From assembly GCA_963977015.1 (NCBI GenBank), contig CAXBMO010000002.1, positions 384,001 through 448,000 of the forward strand: a stretch of 64,000 bases of DNA, in the 5' to 3' direction. Below the pieces are notes generated by a model that was not told where the DNA came from, did not search any database, and saw only the letters and a program-made list of their open reading frames with translations. Source of the stretch: an uncultured bacterium (GTDB taxonomy: Bacteria; Verrucomicrobiota; Verrucomicrobiia; Verrucomicrobiales; DEV007). Both the position numbers and the translations under genes were made by a program. This document shows, in pieces, positions 1 through 10,500 of this stretch (its first letter is position 1; every line of letters starts with the position of its first letter).

Positions 1-878
1 AGGTCCGACTCCCGTTGGCGCAAATCGCTGATCTCGCCCTCAATCGCCTGAAATGCCGCCCGCGTCTCATTAAGCCCCGTCTGTCCGCCCTCAATCTGGG
101 TCTGCAATTCCTCGTGCTGGGTTCGCAACGCCCCGATGCTCGTGACCAACTCCCCCCGCTCCGCCCGCAGTTCCGCAAACTGCCGATGACTGAAATGCGT
201 ATCGAGCACCCGCACCTGCTCCAACAGCGTCGCATACCGCCGCGCCTTGCTTGCCTGCCGTTGCAGACTCCCCATCTGGCGCTTTTGCTCCTCCAGCACA
301 TCCACAATCCGCACCAAATTCGCCTCGGTGTAATCCAGTTTCCGCAGCGCCTCTTTCTTCTGCTGCTTGAACTTCGTGATTCCCGCCGCCTCTTCAAACA
401 CCTGCCGCCGGTCTTCCGGCTTCGAGCTCAGGAGCATATCGATCTTCCCCTGCTCCATCACCGAATAGCTTGACCGCCCGATTCCCGTATCCATGAACAG
501 GTTGTTGATGTCCTTCAACCGGCACGGCTTGTTGTTCAGCAAATACTCGGACTTTCCATCGCGATACACCCGGCGCCCGACACAAACCTCGTTGAATTCC
601 ACGCCCAGCGCCCCTTCACAATCGCCCAGTGTCAGAAGCACCTCTGCCAACCCCAACGGTTTCCGCTTCTCCGTTCCATTGAAAATCACATCCGCCATCT
701 CCCCACCGCGCAGCGCCTTCGCCGAAGTCTCCCCCAACACCCACCGAATCGCATCCACCACATTCGACTTTCCACACCCATTCGGCCCCACAACCCCCGT
801 CACCCCCGGGTGAAACTCGAGCTTGGTGTTGTCAGCAAACGACTTGAAGCCGTTCAGTTGGAGCGAACGCAAAAACAT
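1..878 (-). CDS. smc: Chromosome segregation protein SMC, N-terminal part (runs off the left edge)
   Basis: Absent from the ORF track because no stop lies in the window. Manual translation from ATG at 878 gives MFLRSLQLNGFKSFADNTKLEFHPGVTGVVGPNGCGKSNVVDAIRWVLGETSAKALRGGEMADVIFNGT, the canonical SMC head with Walker A GPNGCGKSN. Confidence 0.97.
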   Translation of the reverse strand, partial: MFLRSLQLNGFKSFADNTKLEFHPGVTGVVGPNGCGKSNVVDAIRWVLGETSAKALRGGEMADVIFNGTEKRKPLGLAEVLLTLGDCEGALGVEFNEVCVGRRVYRDGKSEYLLNNKPCRLKDINNLFMDTGIGRSSYSVMEQGKIDMLLSSKPEDRRQVFEEAAGITKFKQQKKEALRKLDYTEANLVRIVDVLEEQKRQMGSLQRQASKARRYATLLEQVRVLDTHFSHRQFAELRAERGELVTSIGALRTQHEELQTQIEGGQTGLNETRAAFQAIEGEISDLRQRESD

Positions 879-1189
879 GCGGAAAAAACCTCGTGGATTG
901 GGAGAATTCGGTTAGAAAAAACTGATAATCAAGCGGGGAAGGCGGAAATTGCGGGTTTCGCCGGTGGAAGCGGCGATTTGGGGAGCGTTTGAAAATGAGG
1001 TCGAGTTGAGTGCTCACCGGTCAAATCAGGCCCATGCCGCCTCGAGATAATTCGCACCAGCTCCCCGGATTCTGTAGCCCAAATACTCCCATGCAATCTG
1101 CAATGTCTCAATTCGCCGTCCCCGTGCAGGATGCACCCTTTCGCCGAAATTACGGCCCAATTTACGGGGAAACCCGAGGAAAAAGGAGT

Positions 1190-1205
1190 TGGCACGAACC
1201 CAGCA
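1190..1205 (+). promoter_or_regulatory. Putative sigma54 (-24/-12) promoter
   Basis: TGGCACGAACCCAGCA matches TGGCACG-N4-TTGCW with correct GG/GC spacing (CA replaces TT). It lies about 60 nt upstream of the DUF1328 ATG. Confidence 0.55.
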
Positions 1206-1266
1206 CTACAGAAGCCGACTGCGATGGCACAACGTTATCGCGCCTCAACTCTAAACCTACAAACCA

Positions 1267-1428
1267 ATGCTAAGCTGGACCGTATTCTTCCTCATTTTTG
1301 CCATTATTGCCGGAGTGTTAGGCTTCGGAGCCGTGGCCGGACTCGCTGCCACCATCGCAAAAGTGTGTTTCTTCCTTTTTCTCATCCTCTTTGTCGTATC
1401 CCTCATCACGGGACGACGAGCGGTATAA
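1267..1428 (+). CDS. DUF1328 / UPF0391 (YtjA-like) small membrane protein, 53 aa
   Basis: Manual translation [53 protein letters not shown], a typical DUF1328 pattern. Below the ORF-track length cutoff. Confidence 0.92.
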   Translation: MLSWTVFFLIFAIIAGVLGFGAVAGLAATIAKVCFFLFLILFVVSLITGRRAV

Positions 1429-1469
1429 CACCATCTCAAACACACCCAAAACTACTACCAACCAACAGA

Positions 1470-1610
1470 ATGAAACGAACCATCCTACCCATCAAAACCA
1501 CCGCAATCATCTTTGCCTCAATCCTGGCCCTCTTTTCGCTCTCGTCATGTAACGACGACGACTCCGCGATCGAAGAGGCTGCCGAAGAACTCGAAGACGC
1601 TGTGGATTAA
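1470..1610 (+). CDS. Small acidic lipoprotein, 46 aa
   Basis: MKRTILPIKTTAIIFASILALFSLSSCNDDDSAIEEAAEELEDAVD: basic N-terminus, hydrophobic stretch, lipobox LSSC, short acidic helix. This is the 3' part of track ORF 1131..1610. Confidence 0.75.
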   Translation: MKRTILPIKTTAIIFASILALFSLSSCNDDDSAIEEAAEELEDAVD

Positions 1611-1631
1611 AACCTGACTCTTCGACGCTTT

Positions 1632-1731
1632 AAAAAGCTGCGTCGGCGCACGCTTGCCTCGGCATTCCAAAGTATTCGCTTCCGCGTCTTGGAGTGTTGA
1701 AAGCAAGCAACGCGCCGATTCAGCTTTTTTT
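1632..1731 (+). terminator. Long rod-like RNA hairpin ending in a U-tract (terminator or structured 3' UTR)
   Basis: Nested pairings AAAAAGCTG/CAGCTTTTT, GTCGGCGC/GCGCCGAT, GCTTGC/GCAAGC and TCGGCATTCCAA/TTGGAGTGTTGA, ending in T7. Lies between convergent genes. Confidence 0.7.
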
Positions 1732-1752
1732 GGGCCCGTGACAGGCCCGAAA

Positions 1753-3126
1753 TCAGAACCACACCTCGCTCAACGTTCCCGACTCCAGTTCGTTGGCGTA
1801 GCTGAGGTAGTAATTGCGATTCGGTGCGTTGTATTCCCGGGCAGCGAGACCGCGCAACGCTTCGATCTTCACCTTGCGAGCCCGTTTCAGATCGCCGTCC
1901 TCAAGCCATTTCAAATGATCGGAAAGTTCAAGCGCCCACTGATAGTCTTCCTCCTCCAGCGCCGCGTCCATCTGCTTGGTCAGCATCTCGGTGCCACCGG
2001 CAAGTTTGGCAACTTTCTGGGCCTTCAGCCTGGGCTCCATCGGGTTCAGGGTGGTGGGGTTACCGTCAAACCATCCCAATAAGCCCGCGTAAATCGCACG
2101 GACCGCATGGGGAACGGTGCCGTAGAACTCGACGAGATACGGCCTGTCTTTCAGATGCTCGGGCAACCCGACTTCGTGAGCGAGTTGATCGGGGCTCTTG
2201 CCTTGATTAATGCCGTCAATCGTCTGATCATAGATGCTCCCAATGGCCTCACTGTAATCTTTCAGCGATGCGGTTGCAGCCTCCTGACCGCTAATCGGCA
2301 TGGTGTGACCGGGCACCACATGGTGGGGCTTAAACTCGGCCATCCGCCCGACACTTTCCGACCAGTTCAGCACATCACGGTAAGCCGTCCCGCGGATTGC
2401 ATACAGATTGGGGAAGGCATGGTAAAAATTGTCCCCGGCAAACAAAACCTTCTCGTCAGGCAGCCAGATGAACATGGCGTCATCGGTCTCGCCCGGCGCG
2501 AGGTAGAACTCGAGATCAACCCCCGCAATGGTCTCCCGGTAGCCGTCTTCCGAGATCCGGATGGTGGGCGGAACATAGCCCTTCCCGCCATCTTTGTCGT
2601 GAGTGTTGGCCGGGGCCACACCGCGATTGGTTCGTTGCCCGACCGGAAGATCGCGGCCGAATTGCCGGATGTTGCGCAGGCCCTTCACCGGATTCACCGC
2701 CTTGTTCACGCCCTCGGCTGAGCCGAAACCCTCCGTTGCATAAATTTCGGGCTTCTCCTCGCCGACAAAGGCGCTGGCTCCGCCAATGTGGTCGCCATGG
2801 CTGTGAGTGTAGAGGATCGCTTTCACCGGCTTGATGCTGTATTTTCGAAACGCCTTGAGGGCCATCGCCGCACTGAACGGCCCACGAAGCGTGTCGACGA
2901 TAATGATCCCATCATCCCCCACAATCATCGATGTATTGGCGCCATGGAATCCAACGGCCGTGTAAACGTTCTCAGAGACCTGGATGATTTTCCGCTCGAA
3001 CTGATGATTCTGCGCGCCTAGCAGTTTCGAGGCACGCTCCGGTTCCACCTGGGTGTCCGCAGCGAACCCGCCGTAAGGCAGGGCCAAAGCAGCCGCGACA
3101 ATGAGTTTGATTGATGTAGCAGTCAT
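1753..3126 (-). CDS. Alkyl/aryl sulfatase (SdsA1/BDS1-like metallo-beta-lactamase fold), secreted
   Basis: THSHGDH metal motif, APGETDD, FPNLYAIRGT and GWFDGNP motifs. Signal peptide from MTATSIKL (start refined from 3219 to 3126). Confidence 0.9.
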   Translation of the reverse strand: MTATSIKLIVAAALALPYGGFAADTQVEPERASKLLGAQNHQFERKIIQVSENVYTAVGFHGANTSMIVGDDGIIIVDTLRGPFSAAMALKAFRKYSIKPVKAILYTHSHGDHIGGASAFVGEEKPEIYATEGFGSAEGVNKAVNPVKGLRNIRQFGRDLPVGQRTNRGVAPANTHDKDGGKGYVPPTIRISEDGYRETIAGVDLEFYLAPGETDDAMFIWLPDEKVLFAGDNFYHAFPNLYAIRGTAYRDVLNWSESVGRMAEFKPHHVVPGHTMPISGQEAATASLKDYSEAIGSIYDQTIDGINQGKSPDQLAHEVGLPEHLKDRPYLVEFYGTVPHAVRAIYAGLLGWFDGNPTTLNPMEPRLKAQKVAKLAGGTEMLTKQMDAALEEEDYQWALELSDHLKWLEDGDLKRARKVKIEALRGLAAREYNAPNRNYYLSYANELESGTLSEVWF

Positions 3127-3193
3127 TTTACGGTATTCGTTTTTCTGTGGAACCAGCCTAAACAACACCAGCCACGCAACAAGGTGAGCAAGC

Positions 3194-3219
3194 GACAAGC
3201 GATGGTCAAAAATGGACAA
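3194..3219 (-). promoter_or_regulatory. Putative AraC/XylS tandem binding sites
   Basis: TTGTC direct repeat on the minus strand with 21-bp spacing (3194-3198 and 3215-3219), between the AraC gene and the sulfatase start. Confidence 0.4.
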
Positions 3220-3229
3220 ACAGAGCCTT

Positions 3230-4024
3230 TCAGCTTCCGTTGCCCTGGCGAAACGCCTCCGGCGTGGTTCCCGCGATCCGTTTGAAAAACTTCACAAAGT
3301 TCGTCGCCTCGCTGAATCCAAGATCAAAGGCAATCTCTTCCACGGTTTCATCGCCCAGGACCAGCTTGCGTTTGGCCTCCAGCACACAGTGCAGATCGAC
3401 GAGCCGTTTCGGGCTGATCCCCCGGATCGTTCGGCAGGCCCGCGCCAAGGTTCTCGGGGTAACATGCAACTGGCTGGCGTAGGCGGATAGCGACTGCCGA
3501 ATCGGCTCGTCCATCAGCACGTTCTCAAGACCAAACACCAGCTCGGAAGCCCGGTTGTGAGCCGGCCCCCGAGTTTCCTCGTTGCGGCGGAGATAGAGAT
3601 CGGTCAGTCCGGAAAGAATCGCCTGCAACAACCCCGGCGCCATCGACGTCAGTCGCAACTCCTCCGGAACCTCCTCCATCTGCTGGATGAATTCCAACAA
3701 CTGCACCATGGAGGTATGATCGCGGGGCTCGAGCGAAAACGGAGCATCCAGATACACCGCAAGACGACGGATCTGCTCCGGCGAAACGGTCTCGGGACGG
3801 AAAACGAGCAGGAGCGCCTCATGATCGGACTCCGCATCAAAAGCATGCACCTGACCGGGCCGCACCTGCAAAACATCGCCTTGCGAAACGGAATACTTCT
3901 CGAAATCCACCCAATGCGAACCTGCGCCCCGAGTCACGAACTTCAACAGGTAAAACCGGTGGCGGGTCGGCGCCGCAATATCGATCTCCATCTTCCGATG
4001 CCGCAGCTCGGAAAGCCGGATCAC
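3230..4024 (-). CDS. AraC family transcriptional regulator
   Basis: N-terminal cupin (HRFY...GSHWVDF) and C-terminal HTH EIAFDLGFSEATNFVKFFKR. Confidence 0.93.
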   Translation of the reverse strand: MIRLSELRHRKMEIDIAAPTRHRFYLLKFVTRGAGSHWVDFEKYSVSQGDVLQVRPGQVHAFDAESDHEALLLVFRPETVSPEQIRRLAVYLDAPFSLEPRDHTSMVQLLEFIQQMEEVPEELRLTSMAPGLLQAILSGLTDLYLRRNEETRGPAHNRASELVFGLENVLMDEPIRQSLSAYASQLHVTPRTLARACRTIRGISPKRLVDLHCVLEAKRKLVLGDETVEEIAFDLGFSEATNFVKFFKRIAGTTPEAFRQGNGS

Positions 4025-4140
4025 TTCAATCGGCGTTCCCTGCCCTTTCGAATGAGCATAGTCAAGATCCTGAATTTCCGTTTCGATAAGCGAAGAATGT
4101 CAGGGATTTCCATCGAGGACCGGTGCCGCGCGATCCTAAA

Positions 4141-5436
4141 TCACTTTCCCGTCGCGCGAAAACGCTGCCAGGCCTTGGCGAAGGCTTCATTCGGAAGGTA
4201 GTTGGCCTTTTGCTTATCGCCCTGGTAAGTTGCGGCGGGAGCGATTTCCGGTTCTTGAAAGCTGTCTTTGGAGCGATCGAAGACATCGCCCAACCAGGCG
4301 TCTTGAAGGCTCTCTTCGAGCGGGCGGAACTGGGTTTCTCCGTTTTGGGTGCGGGTGTCGATACAGGCTTGAGAGAAGTCGGCGATGAGTTTGTAGGTGG
4401 CATCCGGGTCGCTGGGCCAATGTGCCATTCCGGCTTCCATGACCATGGTGATGGGGGCGTTTCGTTGGGTGCGCAGCTCCATCACGGTTTCGTCCTGCCC
4501 CTTGAGAAACTGATCGTTGGTGCCGTGCATGACGAGGCCTGGGGTGCGTTCGACGCCGGGGAACTCGAGGTGCCAGGTGCCGCCGGAATGATAGGAGATC
4601 CAGCAGATGGTGCGCTCTGGGCGAAGGGCCGGATAGAAAGCGGAGAAGCCGGTGCCGTTGGAGTGCCCGAACGTGATGTAGGGAACTTGAGCCAGCTCGG
4701 GATGCTCGAATTTTTCACCAATCATGGCGATGATTTCTTCCAGCTTGGACGCGGGATAAATGCCGCGTTGAATGGGGTTGCCGAGAAATCCGATCAGGGC
4801 ATAGCCATTTTTGTCAGCAAAGTCCCAGAAAATCTGGTGTTCCATCATCTTCGTGCCCATCCCGTGTTCGGAGATGAGCAGCGCGCCCTGAAGTTTCGCC
4901 GTCTTCTCCGGAAGGCGTAGACGGTAGCGAACCTGCTCCATCGCGTTTTCCTGGAATCGGGACGCCTTTTTCCACGCATCAAAAAGGCCATCATCCAACT
5001 TCCCGTCCTGCTTGTCCCGATCATTCTGGTTGAGCCATTCGGTGATGCCGCCGTGAATGGCATGAGCCTTGGAGACATCAATCACGCCAGCGGAAATGCC
5101 GTTGTTGTCAATGATCGGGGTTAGGTGCGGTTCAAGACGCTTCTCCGGTTCCTTGACAGGGAATTCCAGAGGAAGATAATCCGACTTGCTCAGGTTGAGA
5201 ATGACGGGTTTCCCTCCTTCCTGGTTGACCTTGAGGGTAAACTCACCGCGCTCATCACTCACGACGCTCTCACTTGAACCTGGATGGGTGACGGTGACGC
5301 CGGGCAGGTTGTTGTGACTGGTATCCTGCACGAGCCCCTTGAGGGTGATCTCTTCCGCGAAGCCCGCCGGAGCAGATGCCAGAATGAGGACGAACGCGGC
5401 TGGTAGGTCTGGATTGAGAAAGAAGGCTTTTTTCAT
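4141..5436 (-). CDS. Secreted protein: carboxypeptidase-regulatory-like domain + alpha/beta hydrolase
   Basis: Signal peptide, LKGLVQD...LPGVTV...SDERGEFTL N-domain, GHSNG nucleophile elbow, HGTND Asp and GMAH His. Confidence 0.7.
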   Translation of the reverse strand: MKKAFFLNPDLPAAFVLILASAPAGFAEEITLKGLVQDTSHNNLPGVTVTHPGSSESVVSDERGEFTLKVNQEGGKPVILNLSKSDYLPLEFPVKEPEKRLEPHLTPIIDNNGISAGVIDVSKAHAIHGGITEWLNQNDRDKQDGKLDDGLFDAWKKASRFQENAMEQVRYRLRLPEKTAKLQGALLISEHGMGTKMMEHQIFWDFADKNGYALIGFLGNPIQRGIYPASKLEEIIAMIGEKFEHPELAQVPYITFGHSNGTGFSAFYPALRPERTICWISYHSGGTWHLEFPGVERTPGLVMHGTNDQFLKGQDETVMELRTQRNAPITMVMEAGMAHWPSDPDATYKLIADFSQACIDTRTQNGETQFRPLEESLQDAWLGDVFDRSKDSFQEPEIAPAATYQGDKQKANYLPNEAFAKAWQRFRATGK

Positions 5437-5521
5437 CGGTGGTTTTCAGTAGTTAGGGCTCTTCACGGTCCACTGCCAAAAGAAAAATCAGAAAGCACGC
5501 CCCGCTGAGCAGTCGCTTCGA

Positions 5522-6430
5522 TCAGGATTCCCCGGCCGTAAGCCGACCTTGGGAACGCCACTCGATGACCATGGCCCGAAACGCGTCCGCCGCCGGGTTG
5601 CGGGCATCATCCGACCAGACGAGCACCAGGGGAATCGTCCGCCGGGGCGACAAGGGCACCAGGGTCACGGCACGGGACTCGAGCCGGGCGCACTCGGGGA
5701 CGATGCCGTAGCCAGCTCCGCTCTCGACGTATTTCAGAATCGTTCCCATGAGGCTCGGGGTTCGTGTAATCTCGGGAATCACGCCAGCCTCGTGGCACGC
5801 TGCGAGGATCGTGTCATGAGAGCCGGCACCTTCCCGTCGGGCGAGCAGGATGAGGGGGAGGTTGGTCAGGGACTTCCACCGCAGGTTTCGGCGGCTGGCC
5901 AGTTCATCTCCGGTCGGCACGGCAAGACACAGGCGTTCCTCCCGGAGAAGAAGCGACCGGGGTCCGAGTTCTTCGTGAGCCCGGACCGGCCGGGTAAAGC
6001 CGAGCGACAAGCTCCCTTTCGTCACCATCTCCCAAACCCGTTCAGGGGTCCGCTCCTCCAGAAACAGGTTCACTCCCGGATGGGCGGCACGGAATTCGCG
6101 CAGCAAATCGCCGAGGAAGCCTGCGGTTGGTGGTCCAATGTAGCCGAGCCGAAGTTCCCCCGCATCACCGCGGGCCGCCTCGCGAACCCGGCGGATCGAA
6201 TCATCAACGCGCTCAAAGAGAATCCCACATTCCCTCAGCAAGGTCTCGCCGGCAGGCGTCAGCACGATTTGGCGGCGCGTCCGATCGATAAGGTTAGCCC
6301 CGATCTCGCTCTCCAGCTCGACAACGGCCCGGCTCAGCGCCGGCTGGGCGATTCGCAGGCGACGCCCCGCCTTGGAGAAACTCAGGTCCTCGGCAACAGC
6401 CTGGAAATAGCGAAAATGTCTCAGATCCAT
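5522..6430 (-). CDS. LysR family transcriptional regulator
   Basis: MDLRHFRYFQAVAEDLSFSKAGRRLRIAQPALSR HTH. Start refined to 6430. Confidence 0.95.
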   Translation of the reverse strand: MDLRHFRYFQAVAEDLSFSKAGRRLRIAQPALSRAVVELESEIGANLIDRTRRQIVLTPAGETLLRECGILFERVDDSIRRVREAARGDAGELRLGYIGPPTAGFLGDLLREFRAAHPGVNLFLEERTPERVWEMVTKGSLSLGFTRPVRAHEELGPRSLLLREERLCLAVPTGDELASRRNLRWKSLTNLPLILLARREGAGSHDTILAACHEAGVIPEITRTPSLMGTILKYVESGAGYGIVPECARLESRAVTLVPLSPRRTIPLVLVWSDDARNPAADAFRAMVIEWRSQGRLTAGES

Positions 6431-6449
6431 CGATGCCGAAACGGTATCG
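6431..6449. promoter_or_regulatory. LysR T-N11-A box (ATGC-N7-GTAT) in the divergent lysR/tauE spacer
   Basis: CGATGCCG-AAA-CGGTATCG near-perfect inverted repeat directly next to the lysR start codon. Resembles the ATAC-N7-GTAT LysR consensus. Confidence 0.7.
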
Positions 6450-6519
6450 TTCTCATGCCAATTGTCTATTTTCGTTACCAAAGAAGTTTGGCTATTCTCG
6501 ACTCGTCACCTTCGCAACG

Positions 6520-7575
6520 ATGTCGATTCTCCCCGCCCCAAAACGCCGATTGTGGATCTGGTTCCTCTGGCTCGTCGCCTTCTACGGCGTCTGGACCTGG
6601 CTCGTTGTCGGCAAGGGACTATGGCCAGAAGCCAAGGCGAACTGGCCGATGGCCCTGGCGATGGCGATCGGCAGCTATGCGGCAGGCTCGACCCCGATGG
6701 GAGGCGGCACGGTCGGCTTCCCCATCCTGGTGCTGCTCTTCAACAAGTCCGCCGAACTCGGTCGGGATTTCAGTTTCGCGGTGCAGGCGATCGGGATGAC
6801 GAGCGCCACGATCTTCATCCTAGCCCGTCGCCAACCGCTGGCCGGCGCTCTACTCAAGGGGGCGATCCTCGGCGCCACGGTCGGGGTTCCGCTGGGCATC
6901 TTCCTGGTGGCGCCCTGGGTTCCCGCCCTTTGGATCAAGCTCACCTTTGCGGTGGTGTGGGGAAGCTTCGGGATTCTCCACCTCTGGCGGATCCGTGAGA
7001 TCGCGTCGCACGAGGGGATGACCGAGTTCGACGAAGCCTGGGACTTCCGGCTTGGACTGATGACCGGGCTGGTCGCGGGCGCCACAGTCGTCTCGGTATC
7101 GGGAGTCGGCATCGACATGGTGATCTACACGATTCTCGTCCTGGTTTGCCGAGCGGATCTCAAGATCGCCATCCCGACCTCGGTGATCATCATGGCCTAC
7201 TGTTCCGTGCTCGGCATCCTGATCAAGCTGACCTTTACCGGGGTTGAGGAGGGCGTCTTCGGCAACTGGCTGGCTGCCGCGCCGGTGGTGGCACTCGGCG
7301 CCCCGCTCGGCGTGTTCGTGGTGAGTTTGATTGGGCGGAAGCCGACCCTGATTGTGGTGGCGATTCTCTGCGTGGGACAGTTGATCTGGACCCTGGTTCG
7401 CGAGCAGGCGGTTCTCGGATTCAGCGGACTTGCCCTCTCGATTCTGGCGGTCCTGGCTTGCCTCTACGGATTCGAACGGCTTCGGACCTGGGGCGCCGTG
7501 CTGGTGGGGGAAATTCGCAAGAAGAGAGAATCGCTTCAATCTCAGGACGCCCCCATCAATCCGTCAGTACCATGA
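6520..7575 (+). CDS. TauE/SafE family (TSUP) sulfite exporter-like membrane protein
   Basis: Multi-TM protein with AGSTPMGGGTVGFP and AVQAIGMTSA motifs. Divergent from LysR. Start refined to MSILPAP. Confidence 0.85.
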   Translation: MSILPAPKRRLWIWFLWLVAFYGVWTWLVVGKGLWPEAKANWPMALAMAIGSYAAGSTPMGGGTVGFPILVLLFNKSAELGRDFSFAVQAIGMTSATIFILARRQPLAGALLKGAILGATVGVPLGIFLVAPWVPALWIKLTFAVVWGSFGILHLWRIREIASHEGMTEFDEAWDFRLGLMTGLVAGATVVSVSGVGIDMVIYTILVLVCRADLKIAIPTSVIIMAYCSVLGILIKLTFTGVEEGVFGNWLAAAPVVALGAPLGVFVVSLIGRKPTLIVVAILCVGQLIWTLVREQAVLGFSGLALSILAVLACLYGFERLRTWGAVLVGEIRKKRESLQSQDAPINPSVP

Positions 7576-10500
7576 TCGGCCAAAATTGCGGATTGGCGTC
7601 GCAATGCGCCCCCTTTTTCGTGGCGAGGCTCATGCCCCTGAGTCCGGGAGTACCGTCATCCATCCGGTCGTTCAAAAACAACCCGAAGCCAACCTGCGAA
7701 CCAACCTCGAGCTCCATCGGCAAGATGTATTTTCGAGCGAAGGTAATGGTATAAGCATAGCGATTTTCGGAAAGGCGGGTGAATTCGGCCTGAATCCCCT
7801 GGGCGGCTTCTTCCTTGGTCGGAAACTCGACACCGCCGGCATATTCCAGGAACACTTCGCGGAAACGGCAGACCAATGCCGGGCCGGTTTGTCCCTCCGG
7901 ATTGTTCGCGCTGAAGTCGTAGCGATAGTCGTCCAAATCGAAGCCGCCGTTGTTGAGGCGCCCGTTGGCAGCGCAGTCGAGGTAGACTTCCAGACTGCCA
8001 TCCAGTTGATGAAGATGATTCTTTTTCGCGTCCGGCGAGTTCCAGAACGTTTGGTCGTCCACGTTGAAAATGTCGTCTTCCCCCTCGACGCGCAGGTAGA
8101 GGTTTTCCTCGTCCCAAGCGACTTGAAACTGGGCCGCGAGATCGCCGGGAGTCTGCTCTTGCGCCTTCACCGGGCCATAGAGATTGCTCATCTCAATGAC
8201 CGGGATCTCGCTCCAATCCGGAGCACCATCGACCTTGGTCGCATAGAAGTAGCCCATGTCCCATTGCGTGCTCACCGGGGCCTGCTCGGGCTGCTCCAAT
8301 TTGTAGGCGAGCGCCCAGTCGTAGAGTTTTCCGGCTTGAGGATCGTCAATGCCGGGAAGGGTGGCGCTGATCTGTTGTTTGGCCGGAATGTCGAAATCCA
8401 ACGCGCCACCGTCATACTTGATGCGCCCGGCTTGCGGACGACTGGTGAGATTTTCGATCTCCGCGTTCACTTCACCGTTTAAGCTTGGCTGGAAAGCGAT
8501 CCGGACGTTGGCTCCGGCGCCAACCACATCGGCGTTCTGCAAGGCCTCGGTCAGTGCTTCGATGTCGTCACCGACGAGGTAAAGCGGCGCGGGCGTGAGC
8601 CGGATATCAACCCAGCCATCTTCAGCCACGTTCAGCGCACTGCTTCGGCCCATCATGTCGACCAGCTCCGGCAGCTTGCCGTCGAACTTCACCCGCATGA
8701 CCGGACCACGGATAAAGCCGCGCTCCACATCATCGATGGTGCACCAGACAGCGGTCACGGCCCCCATGTGAGCATCTTCAAAGGCATAACCGCGCACACC
8801 TTGCGCCGGGCGGATGTCGCCAACAAACTTAGGATCGGCCAGCAGATCCGTCAGGGTGCTGATTCCGAACAGGAAGCTATTGGGCGTCAGGTTATAATCG
8901 ACGATGGTTCGGGTATCGTCCTGCCAGGTGTTGAAGTGCTCCAGCTGCGGCCAATATTTCAGGCACATAATATATTGGCGCACCATCTTGGAGGCGTGGA
9001 GGAATTCCGTCAGGCCGATATCATAAGACGGCTGACCACCGTCATAGGAATACGTTGGCCCGTCTCCCCAGAGATTCGCGGAACCACCGCCCCCTTCATT
9101 CAGGTAAATCGGCGTTTCCTCCCCGTAACCATACTCAGCCATGCTTTCGCGCAGCATTTGCAGGGATTCATCCAGATCGCCCGCGCCCAAAGTTCCATCA
9201 ATCGAACCGTAGGGATGCACCGCAACCGCATCCCATTTGACCTTGCCCTGCGTCGTGCGGAGAAAGCCGTCGATGTCTTTCTTTCCGCGCGTTTCGCCAT
9301 AACCGGATGTTCCTCCGGAGGGCAGCACGATGGCATCCGGGTTGCCCTTCTTGATGCCGCGATAAAAGGCGACCATCAGCTTGGCGAATTCCTCGTAGTC
9401 CTTGTTCTTGAAAATGGAGGGGAAGCAGATCTCCTCTTCGGTGCCGAACGACCAGACGCGGATGTAAGGACACTTCCGCGCTGCTCGCTCGCTCATTTCT
9501 TCGACCTGGGCCACGATCTCGTCCGAGTAAGTTTCGAGCAGCGTGACCGGCTCCCCTTTGTTCTCGAATCGCTTCCAAACCCGGAAATTCAGGCTGCGCA
9601 TCAACTGAAGATCCGGGTGCAACGCCCTGATTTCTTCCCGGGTAAGATGAGGAAAATTGGACAGGCTGTGCGTGTAGTCGGTCAGGTTGTATTTTTCGCG
9701 AATCTCGTAAAGGAGAGGTTCCTGGATTGCTCCGGCGCCGTAACTGGTCGAGCCGGTGAAGCCCATGCGCTGCATCAACTCGATCCGCTCCTCCTCCCGG
9801 TTGATCCGTGCCGTGACCAGGGCGCCGTAGAGGTCTTTGGTGACAAAGTCATTCGCCTTCGATTTGATGATGCCGAAGCGGTAATAATCATAATAAGCCT
9901 CCGCTCCCGGCAATTCAAAATGAGCCTTGAGCCCAAAACTGCCCCGCTCCAGCCCCAGTTCGTCGAACGGTAATTCAAGGGTTAACCCGCCGCGGCAGTC
10001 GTAAGTCTTCGTCCAGACCGGTTGTTTGAAAAAGTCTTCCAGCGTGAGGGTCACGTTGCCCAGGGTCGCCTCGTCTCCGCTGATCTTAAAACGAGCCGCA
10101 ACGGCCTGCCCCGCCTCGATATTGTTCTGAGGATGGGAGGTCACGAGCAGACCTTCCAAAGGAGGCGCGACAAACTCGGTCGGTTCGGCACCCGCTTCAT
10201 ACTGAATCCCGTCGATCCAGACTTTGCCTCGGTTGTTGGTCGCATTCACGACGAACGAAGTGGGCGTCCCGTCGGAGACAAACGAAAAGGAGAAGCGCTG
10301 CCATTCCGTAGTGAGCTTGTTTCGTTCCCCGCGATAAACGGTGCTGCGTGTAAACTGTCCGCCGTCCTTGCTGCTCAGGGGGGCGAGCAACACCCCCGCG
10401 CCCGCATTCTCGGCTTTCGCATAATAGCTGACCGTGTAAGTCTTGCCCTTGGCACCCGGCACCGAAAAGCTGCGCAGCGTCTGGCTCCCAAACTGAACGG

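Noticed and set aside
15-813. + strand ORFs 15..473 and 493..813
   Set aside because: Antisense to smc.
1632-1731. SRP RNA, 6S RNA or tRNA identity for the hairpin
   Set aside because: It lacks the SRP GGAA-loop motif and a cloverleaf, and is too short for 6S.
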